From the IMG/VR virus record IMGVR_UViG_3300017917_004917: a stretch of DNA of 64,000 nt. One strand, 5' to 3'. A program made the position numbers and the translations under genes. The DNA is from an uncultured virus (IMG/VR IMGVR_UViG_3300017917_004917) (taxonomy: Duplodnaviria; Heunggongvirae; Uroviricota; Caudoviricetes). Below, in pieces: positions 18,670 to 25,966 of this stretch. Numbering within the stretch: the stretch's first letter is position 1; the number at the start of each line of letters is the position of its first letter. Under the pieces are notes generated by a model. The model searched no databases, was not told the DNA's origin, and saw only the letters and a program-made list of their open reading frames with translations.

Positions 18670-18729
18670 CCATAAATTATAAAGCATCGTTTTAATGTGC
18701 TTTATAAAAACTTGTAATTTGTTTTTCAT
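18214..18729 (-). CDS. Cassette-borne hypothetical protein, in-frame with a phage leader (own TTG at 18630)
   Basis: About the first 20 codons lie outside the cassette; internal TTG after an A-rich acacgacaaagaacaat leader. Confidence 0.6.
   Translation of the reverse strand: MKNKLQVFIKHIKTMLYNLWLCVSLKKDTTKNNLSEKEKIGKFEENKEGMPKEMREHIDNFRRFEEKSKIVKYITDLFDLDENNLKGRVLLLFEVEKQRTYLLKTNDEFFIINDNRGDIRVVLRSPMEKLKYIINSNKDYELKFEYFKQSLKISRSFFHSKEFLRDKIDNL
18670..18720 (-). repeat. Phage-side palindromic attachment site (left half)
   Basis: Perfect inverted repeat ttataaagca (18677-18686) / tgctttataa (18698-18707). The outer arm AAATTACAA (18720-18712) pairs with TTGTAATTT (17649-17641). Confidence 0.7.
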
Positions 18730-21725
18730 CTTATATCAATTTTTAAATTATTAATCAATTCTTTTATAATACTTGAATCTGATGAATTTACATCCTTTTT
18801 AACTACTTTTCCGTCTAAAACTTTAGATACAACATTTTCTTTTTGATTCAATAAGTCTCTAATAATTTCATCTATAGTATCAACACACACATAAGTTATT
18901 ATTTGAATGTTATCATGAGTTGTTGTAGCTCTGTGTATTCGGTCAGAAGCCTGTTCCATATCTCCTGGGGTCCATGCAAATCCAAGAAAAATTAACTTAG
19001 ACGCTTCTGTTAATGTAATACCAACTCCAGATGCTCCAATCATACCAGAAAATAAACAAACCTTTTTGTCTTCTTGAAATCTTTCTACAGATTGTTGCTT
19101 ATCCTCCTGATTCATACTTCCAGTGTGGATTACAGCTTTATCCTTATATTCGTTATATAAATGCTCTGCAATATTTTGATAGTCTGACATAACTACTAAT
19201 TTATCGCCATTACTTGATATATCATCTATAACACCATCGCTAATTAATCTATTTAATTTTACTTGACCAGTAAATTGCTTAAGTTTATGTATTTTTTCTA
19301 AATATGACTCCTCCTTTAATTTCTCATCACCACTATCTCCAATAACTTTTTTCATTTCCTTAAGAAGTTTTTCATATTCTTTTCTTTCTGTTGGAGTAAG
19401 TTCAATCTCAATTTCTGTATATGTCTTATCTGGAAGTTGACTTAACACATCCTTCTTAAGTCTTCTAAGAAAATATGGAGATATTCTTGTAAATAATTCC
19501 TCAAGATTTGATGCTCCGCTATAGTCCCAACCAAAATTTGTTTCATATCCAGCACAATATCTAACACCAAAGTCATGACTTGAATTCCACATCTCAGGGT
19601 CCATGAAATTAAGTCCTGAGAAAAATTCCATTGGCCTTGACTTAATTGCTGTACCAGAAATTAAAATTCTCTTGTCAACAACGTCTCTAAATGCCCTCTT
19701 AATAATTTGAGTCCAATCCGTCTTAGAACTCTTAATTCTATGAAACTCATCAATAACAATTAGACCATAATCTTCTGGGTCAATATAGCTACCATCTTTA
19801 TCTTCTATGTACACTATATTATTAATTTTTGATTTAAATGAATTTGTATTCTTACAATTTTCACATTTCTTATGCTTCTTATTTAAGTCTATTATTTCAA
19901 GTCCACATTTTTGCGTGCCCTTTCCAGGGACTATAATATTTCCACCACACTTATGCTTATACTCTATTTTAATATAACTTTGAATAGATTCATAATTTAT
20001 GATATGAAATAAACTTTCTTCCTTATTATAGTTTATATTATTACTTCTCTTACTTGGAGTATACTTGAAGATATGAGCTTTTTCATTGCTAAAATTTAAT
20101 ATTTCCTTCCTCCAGTTAAGCTTAAGAGAAGCGGGACATATTATAAGAGTCTTTAGCTTATGCTTGGCTGCATATGTAATTGGCGGCAATGTATTGTGAG
20201 TTACAATGTAGTGGTCAGTTATATATGTATGGTCTGGAGAATCTACTAGAATACACTGATGCTCTTCTTCTTTAATCTCTTCAACTTTTTTTATATATCT
20301 ATTTAAATAGTTAATAGTAGGTTTTTTCCAATTTTCTTTTTTGGAGGTTAAATGAAATGGACATATGTTTATTTTTATATTCACTCTCCATTCAGTATTT
20401 TTATTTTGATGTTTCCTATCGTATTTTTTTATTTTTGCAATACCACCTAAAGATTGAACTAACTCTGATATATCAAAAGCCAGTTTTTCTGAGTGAGTAT
20501 GGTAATTAATTCTATTATTTAAAGCGCTCCCATCTGTGTCCATCAAGCCTCGTAATAGTTCTGTCCTTTGTTCAACGCTACCATGTAGATATTCTGTGGG
20601 TATAAACTTATGTGTTGATTTGATATTTAAACCTAATCTTTTTATTTCTTTCTTAATTATATTTTCACCAACACTATGATTTCTTGTGATAGAATAACTT
20701 GGACACGAGCCATGTCTGTTTTCACATAACTTAAAGTCTTCTGGTAATTTGCTTAAAATTTTATCCCTAATTTCTAATTGAAAATCTGGAATTGAAATTG
20801 ATACAGTTTTTCCGCAAATATATCCATCACCTATTAGAGAGCCTAAAACATAAGGTTCAATAATATAATCTTTTTCTTTAAACAATATAGGAGAAACAAT
20901 GGGTATTTCCCACTTAAGAGATGGCTCTCTATTTGTTTTTAATCTACTTGGAGACATTTTATCAAAAATTCCAAGACTAACTATTTCTTTTAAAGTTTTT
21001 GTTGTCCAATCATCACCATTTTTTCTCCTTCTATTTTTATCTCTTACAGACCATAAGTGGTCAATGCTACATTCAGTGTGGAATCCATCACTAAAAGTGA
21101 CTTTATAGGTTTTTTTAATACCCTGTGGGTATATTTCTTTAACCGAACACACACCTCCATCTCTATGGAATATTTTGTCACCCACCTTGATGTCACCCAT
21201 TTTAATCCATCCTTTTGGGGTTGAAATTAGAGAACTTAAATTTTGGCTCTTACCTACACCTGGCTGGTCCCCAAGAATAGCCTTACCTTGATTGATTTCG
21301 AAGAACTTAACTGCCTGCTTCTGATAATCATATGGCTGAATCTTCATGAAACTGAAGTCCATATCATCAAAAACAAGAGTTTCCTCTTTTGCCTTTAAAG
21401 CTTCAGAAACCCTTTTTTGTCTTTCAAGATATTCTATTCTAAGAGCATTTAATTCTTCTGGCAATAGATTTTCAAATACAAAAGGAATTGAATTATCTAC
21501 CATAAATGATATTATATTCCCTATTTGAACCTCTCTTATTATCCTAACCCACTCATCCTTTGTTCCACCATTAACATCAAGAACATTGTCAACCCTAACA
21601 GACCTATGCTCCTTAGGGAGTGTTTTTATATATGTCGCTAAAATAGGTAGATAATCAAATCTTAGTTCATAATTTGTTCTTAGCTTTCTTAATTTAACTG
21701 TAGGTATTTCTTTCTTTTTTGCCAT
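18726..21725 (-). CDS. SNF2-family helicase with intein
   Basis: PYDYQ, LGDQPGVGK|T (Walker A interrupted), ICPASLK.NW, IDEFH, ISGT, LRRLKKDV..QLP.K, GVGITLT, WTPG..EQA.DRIHR. Confidence 0.92.
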   Translation of the reverse strand: MAKKKEIPTVKLRKLRTNYELRFDYLPILATYIKTLPKEHRSVRVDNVLDVNGGTKDEWVRIIREVQIGNIISFMVDNSIPFVFENLLPEELNALRIEYLERQKRVSEALKAKEETLVFDDMDFSFMKIQPYDYQKQAVKFFEINQGKAILGDQPGVGKSQNLSSLISTPKGWIKMGDIKVGDKIFHRDGGVCSVKEIYPQGIKKTYKVTFSDGFHTECSIDHLWSVRDKNRRRKNGDDWTTKTLKEIVSLGIFDKMSPSRLKTNREPSLKWEIPIVSPILFKEKDYIIEPYVLGSLIGDGYICGKTVSISIPDFQLEIRDKILSKLPEDFKLCENRHGSCPSYSITRNHSVGENIIKKEIKRLGLNIKSTHKFIPTEYLHGSVEQRTELLRGLMDTDGSALNNRINYHTHSEKLAFDISELVQSLGGIAKIKKYDRKHQNKNTEWRVNIKINICPFHLTSKKENWKKPTINYLNRYIKKVEEIKEEEHQCILVDSPDHTYITDHYIVTHNTLPPITYAAKHKLKTLIICPASLKLNWRKEILNFSNEKAHIFKYTPSKRSNNINYNKEESLFHIINYESIQSYIKIEYKHKCGGNIIVPGKGTQKCGLEIIDLNKKHKKCENCKNTNSFKSKINNIVYIEDKDGSYIDPEDYGLIVIDEFHRIKSSKTDWTQIIKRAFRDVVDKRILISGTAIKSRPMEFFSGLNFMDPEMWNSSHDFGVRYCAGYETNFGWDYSGASNLEELFTRISPYFLRRLKKDVLSQLPDKTYTEIEIELTPTERKEYEKLLKEMKKVIGDSGDEKLKEESYLEKIHKLKQFTGQVKLNRLISDGVIDDISSNGDKLVVMSDYQNIAEHLYNEYKDKAVIHTGSMNQEDKQQSVERFQEDKKVCLFSGMIGASGVGITLTEASKLIFLGFAWTPGDMEQASDRIHRATTTHDNIQIITYVCVDTIDEIIRDLLNQKENVVSKVLDGKVVKKDVNSSDSSIIKELINNLKIDIR
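20193..21248 (-). mobile_element. Intein with LAGLIDADG homing endonuclease (352 aa), class 3 signature
   Basis: GK|SQNLSSLISTPKGW...CSIDHLW...PYVLGSLIGDG...LLRGLMDTDG...HQCILVD..DHTYITD.YIVTHN|T. Confidence 0.9.
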
Positions 21726-21733
21726 TAAAATAT

Positions 21734-22102
21734 TTATTTAATTTTTTCTTTCTTTTTTTTAATTCTAAGATTCTCGGCTCTCTTAACAAAATTATCTTCC
21801 TTTTGATTACTCTCTTTCTTATCAATAATAGCTTTTTCAAGCTTAGTAAGAAATATTGTTTCACCCTTATATTCTCCAATCTCTGGCTCTTTAGAAAATT
21901 TTTTAATTTGAATTGACTCCCTAATAAACTCAGCCAAAAGTCGAATATCCTGCATAGAATGCCTAACATCAACCCCTGCCGTCTTGTTTCCTTTCAAAAA
22001 TTGCTCCGCTCTTTTTACATTACTCTTAGCAACTTCAATCAACTTATATAGCAAATCGAGTTCACTGTACTCTCTTAGCTCTTCTAGTTCATTCAACTCC
22101 AT
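21734..22102 (-). CDS. Hc1-like (histone H1-like) small protein
   Basis: AEQFLKGNKTAGVDVRHSMQDIRLLA..IR resembles the Bacteroidota Hc1 motif (F.KGNK.AG.R.RK). Confidence 0.6.
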   Translation of the reverse strand: MELNELEELREYSELDLLYKLIEVAKSNVKRAEQFLKGNKTAGVDVRHSMQDIRLLAEFIRESIQIKKFSKEPEIGEYKGETIFLTKLEKAIIDKKESNQKEDNFVKRAENLRIKKKKEKIK

Positions 22103-22493
22103 CTTTATTGATATTTTCTTCTATCCTTTTTTCAACATCATTAATGTTGATAGTGCTTCTTCTAGCTATTTCTTTTTCATGCTCCCTCATATTAATTATA
22201 TCAGTAACATTTAAACCCTCTTTCATGGCTTGATAAAGGTCTATAGCAAATCTATCGTCAGTATAAAGATTATTACTTATTCTATACCACATTTTTCCTT
22301 CCATTTTTATCTTTTGCCCTTCAATGGCTGAACTATCTAAATCAATCCAAAAAAAAGCAACTAAATCTTCTTCATCATTAACTCTCTTTATTGCTTCTAA
22401 TTCTGGATTTAATGGTTCAATGCCTCTAGATTTAATATCTGCCATATTTTCAGATATATAATCAAATATTTCTTGCTTATTATAATATGCCAT
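22089..22493 (-). CDS. Hypothetical protein
   Basis: Likely start MAYYNKQ at 22493, just after the upstream stop. Confidence 0.55.
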   Translation of the reverse strand: MAYYNKQEIFDYISENMADIKSRGIEPLNPELEAIKRVNDEEDLVAFFWIDLDSSAIEGQKIKMEGKMWYRISNNLYTDDRFAIDLYQAMKEGLNVTDIINMREHEKEIARRSTININDVEKRIEENINKDGVE

Positions 22494-22497
22494 GTAT

Positions 22498-23772
22498 TTA
22501 GTTTTTAATAAATTCTTGAATTTTATCTGCAGTCTTATCGCCAATACCCTTAAGAGAGGTTAAATCTTCAATTTTTTGAAGCTGACCATAAGTATTGATG
22601 TCATTACTTTGAAGCACTCTTAATATTCTCTCATCAAAAATAAACTCTGCAAGCTTTGTGTTAGCTCTTATGGTTTCGATATTGTTTTTCAAGTTAGACT
22701 TAATTGATTCTTTTTTATCAGCTGCAGTATCATTAATTTCATTGATTTCATCAATGTACTTCATTAAGCCAAATCCACATGCCTCAAGAACCTTGATAAT
22801 GTCAAGAATTTCTACAAATCCCTTATCAAAATTAAACCCATCAATATTAAATTCAAAAGTATTTATGGTTGCTCCATAGGTATCCATATTTAAGTCTAAG
22901 TTAAATTTGAATCCAAGGTCATTTTTATCATACTTTGCTTTTTCATAAGAAAATGTGTACACATTATCTTTTTTTCTTCTGTAGAAGATATTTTTTTCAC
23001 CCTTTTCAAGACGGTCTATTCCATCCTTAAGTTTTCCAATAAAAAATGATATTTCTTCTTTTCTTGATGGAGTTATTTTCGACATCTCAGTATTAATAAA
23101 ATCTCTTGATGATGGTACGGTATTTATAGAACTAAGTGAAGTTCCTGGTTTAATATTAAATCCTTGAGTATATTTAATAGCTGGAGGGTCCATTTGAGGG
23201 GCTGGTTTAGATATACGCTTCGCAAACTCCTCTTGCAGTTCCTTATTAGTGCCGCTCTTAATTTCTTTTAATTTTTCAAAAAAATCACTACCAGGATTTT
23301 TTAACGAATATTCTTCAGAAGCTAAGCTTTTGTCTTTTTTATTTGAGTCCTTAACTCTTTCTACAGCCTTTTCGGAGCAAGTTCTTTCAGTTCTTTTGCC
23401 AGTAACAATAGAACTCATCTTATCTACATCAAATCTAAAACCACTATACTCAAAAATTCTTCCAGGCTCGTGAGCTGTAGAAACCTCTTGTTCTTTTGAA
23501 TCTTCTGGAGCTTTAACTGGCGTATTAGAAAACTCATTTTCATCTACAGTATTTGTGTGAACAAAAGTTTGCTCTTTTTCAGTTGTTTCAGTAGTTTTAA
23601 TAGCTCCAAACAACTCTTCCTGCATCTCTCGTAAGATTTGCTTTCTAATCTTCTTAATTTGCTTCTTAGAGGAACCACTATATAGGTCCTTAATAATTGA
23701 TTTTTTTAAATCCTTTTCAAATTGCTTAATAGCTGACTTCTTAATAGTCTTAATTAACTTTTTATTTTCCAT
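22498..23772 (-). CDS. Protein with C-terminal RNAP alpha-CTD-like/HhH domain
   Basis: FDERILRVLQSNDINTYGQL...DLTSLKGIGDKTADKI. Confidence 0.55.
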   Translation of the reverse strand: MENKKLIKTIKKSAIKQFEKDLKKSIIKDLYSGSSKKQIKKIRKQILREMQEELFGAIKTTETTEKEQTFVHTNTVDENEFSNTPVKAPEDSKEQEVSTAHEPGRIFEYSGFRFDVDKMSSIVTGKRTERTCSEKAVERVKDSNKKDKSLASEEYSLKNPGSDFFEKLKEIKSGTNKELQEEFAKRISKPAPQMDPPAIKYTQGFNIKPGTSLSSINTVPSSRDFINTEMSKITPSRKEEISFFIGKLKDGIDRLEKGEKNIFYRRKKDNVYTFSYEKAKYDKNDLGFKFNLDLNMDTYGATINTFEFNIDGFNFDKGFVEILDIIKVLEACGFGLMKYIDEINEINDTAADKKESIKSNLKNNIETIRANTKLAEFIFDERILRVLQSNDINTYGQLQKIEDLTSLKGIGDKTADKIQEFIKN

Positions 23773-24677
23773 TACTTTTTATTTTTATTTAAAAAATCCT
23801 TGTATTGATTTTTATCATTATTGCACATAGGGTGTTTATTTCCCTTAAATCTACAAAACATACATCCTAAAAATACATTTCCAATATCTTTTACTTTTGG
23901 AAAAAATTTTTTAATATGTATAGACTCTATTGTTTCTGACAACTTCACTAGAGAGTTAAAAACCTCTTCTTTTGTTGATTTTATTTCTACACTTTGTATT
24001 CCTCCACATCCAGAGCCTTCTTTTTTTTTATTCTTCAATCTACTTAATACAATGTATTCGCAACTGACATCATCAAGAGGTATATTATTTTTTCTTGCCC
24101 AAAAATATTTATAAAATCTCATTTGACAAAGAAAAATCTCATCTTCCATTTTCTTGTTAATATTCCATTTTTGACCAGATGTTTTCCAATCAATAATTAA
24201 ATATTTGCCTGTAATTCTATCTTGAACCACGAGGTCAATAAACCCCTTAAAATAGAAATTGTCATAAATATTCTCAAACAAAGGTTCTTCTACTGATATT
24301 ATTTTATATTTTTTTAATATATCTTCAATGGAAAGGATGCTCAACAATTCCTCTCCTTGTCGAATATATTCATCTAATTTACTTTTAAAACCTAGTTCAT
24401 CACTTAAGTTATCAAGCATATCCTTTGTGAAAATTTGCTTAAAAATACTTATCCTATTACTTAATCCAACAGAATCCTTTAGTGTTTTTTCAATAGCTGA
24501 GTGTATTGCGTTTCCAAAAAATAAGTGAACAGTAATTTCGGGCTCAACTAATTTTAAATGTTTCTCAATTAAATGTTTATGCCCACATTGATTGAATAAA
24601 CTAAATTCACTAAAGCTAATATGTATTTTATTATCATATTTATTATTAAGTGCAATATAGTTTAATTCTTTATTCAT
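23772..24677 (-). CDS. PD-(D/E)XK exonuclease, RecB/Cas4-like
   Basis: ISFS.F..F.QC, FGNAIH, FKGFIDLV, IIDWKT, QMRFY, CMFC...C. Confidence 0.85.
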   Translation of the reverse strand: MNKELNYIALNNKYDNKIHISFSEFSLFNQCGHKHLIEKHLKLVEPEITVHLFFGNAIHSAIEKTLKDSVGLSNRISIFKQIFTKDMLDNLSDELGFKSKLDEYIRQGEELLSILSIEDILKKYKIISVEEPLFENIYDNFYFKGFIDLVVQDRITGKYLIIDWKTSGQKWNINKKMEDEIFLCQMRFYKYFWARKNNIPLDDVSCEYIVLSRLKNKKKEGSGCGGIQSVEIKSTKEEVFNSLVKLSETIESIHIKKFFPKVKDIGNVFLGCMFCRFKGNKHPMCNNDKNQYKDFLNKNKK

Positions 24678-24749
24678 TTAAAGCGTTTTAATAAATATGT
24701 GAAAAAAAAACCTAAAAATCAAAAATTTAGACGATTTTTATAAAAAAAA

Positions 24750-25439
24750 ATGAAAATAATTACTGAACATAAAATTAGAAAAATAATTAGAGATGTATTA
24801 AGAGAATCTCTAATCTTAGAATTATCCATAGAGGATAAAAATAAAATAATGAACAAAAGCAATGAAAGAGTTCCGTTTAGTTCAGAATTAATGAAACAAG
24901 CCATCCTACAAGGTAGAGAAGTTGGCATATCATATCGCTCAAAAAATGATAAGTATGAAATGCCAGTTACTAAGTATAGAATTATTCATCCAGTAGCAAT
25001 GGGTACTGATAAGAAAGGTAATCTTGCTATAAGAGGCTTACATATAACTGGTCAATCAGAAAAAGCAGCAAGAGAGACTGGGGTTAGAAGTGCTGAAATT
25101 GAGGCGGAAAAAGATGGAATGAATGCCTGGAGGTTATTTAAGAGTGAAAATCTAAAGTCAATGTGGTTTACTGGAAGGTTTTTTAATGATGAAATTCCAG
25201 GATATAATCCAAATGATAAAGGTATGTCTACAGTGATGGTCGCATATAATCCAAACACTGCAAAACAATATCAAGACCAAATTGTTGTACAATCTAAACA
25301 GCCTGATAAGAATATTGAGCCTTTTATTAATCAATCAAATGAAAATCCTAAGTCAATACCAAACAACAAAGATATTGAACAAATGGGATATGAAGACAAG
25401 GCAATACAAGAAAAAAATATTAGAGGCTTTTTTAAGTGA
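24750..25439 (+). CDS. WYL-like domain protein with leader motif
   Basis: V.ISY...RIIHPVAMG....NLAIRG...WRLFK.EN....TGRFF...PGYNPND; N-terminus KIRKIIRDVLRES. Confidence 0.6.
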   Translation: MKIITEHKIRKIIRDVLRESLILELSIEDKNKIMNKSNERVPFSSELMKQAILQGREVGISYRSKNDKYEMPVTKYRIIHPVAMGTDKKGNLAIRGLHITGQSEKAARETGVRSAEIEAEKDGMNAWRLFKSENLKSMWFTGRFFNDEIPGYNPNDKGMSTVMVAYNPNTAKQYQDQIVVQSKQPDKNIEPFINQSNENPKSIPNNKDIEQMGYEDKAIQEKNIRGFFK

Positions 25440-25480
25440 AAAAATACCATGTTATTTTAACTAATGAGATTATTTGTTAA

Positions 25481-25966
25481 TTATTTAGATTTATCAATAG
25501 TTTCCTTAAGTATCTTATCAGCCTTTTTCTTTAATGTAAACAAATCCACAGATGTACAAGTTGAGTGCTTCCATTTTTCTATATCAAGACTTTTATCTTC
25601 AACATATAAATGATATAAATTAATTCCCTTCTTAATTCTAAATGTATATTTATCATTATAGTGTCCCTCGTAATTAATACCCTTATTATCTGCATTACTC
25701 CAATTAACCAATAATTTAGGGTCTTGCTCATCTTTAACTATCTTTTTAGATTCCTCCTTCTCAAGCATTCTAAGTTTTCGCTTTATTTTTTGACTCACCT
25801 CTTCTCTAAGAGCTGCTTCTTTAGCTTGAGCTTCCTCTAGCATAGCTCTCTCTTCTCTTTCTTTTGAATGTCTTTCAGAATTTTTAATGGCATCAATCGC
25901 CTCTCTTGCAAGCTCCTCAACACTCTTGCTAGAGTCTCTATCTTGTATACGGTCTTTATTTGACAT
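25481..25966 (-). CDS. Hypothetical protein
   Basis: ORF overlaps the SbcC stop codon. Confidence 0.6.
   Translation of the reverse strand: MSNKDRIQDRDSSKSVEELAREAIDAIKNSERHSKEREERAMLEEAQAKEAALREEVSQKIKRKLRMLEKEESKKIVKDEQDPKLLVNWSNADNKGINYEGHYNDKYTFRIKKGINLYHLYVEDKSLDIEKWKHSTCTSVDLFTLKKKADKILKETIDKSK

Noticed and set aside
23772..24677. Cas4 as evidence of a CRISPR-Cas system
   Set aside because: No other cas genes or array; stand-alone Cas4/RecB-like nucleases are common in phage replication modules.
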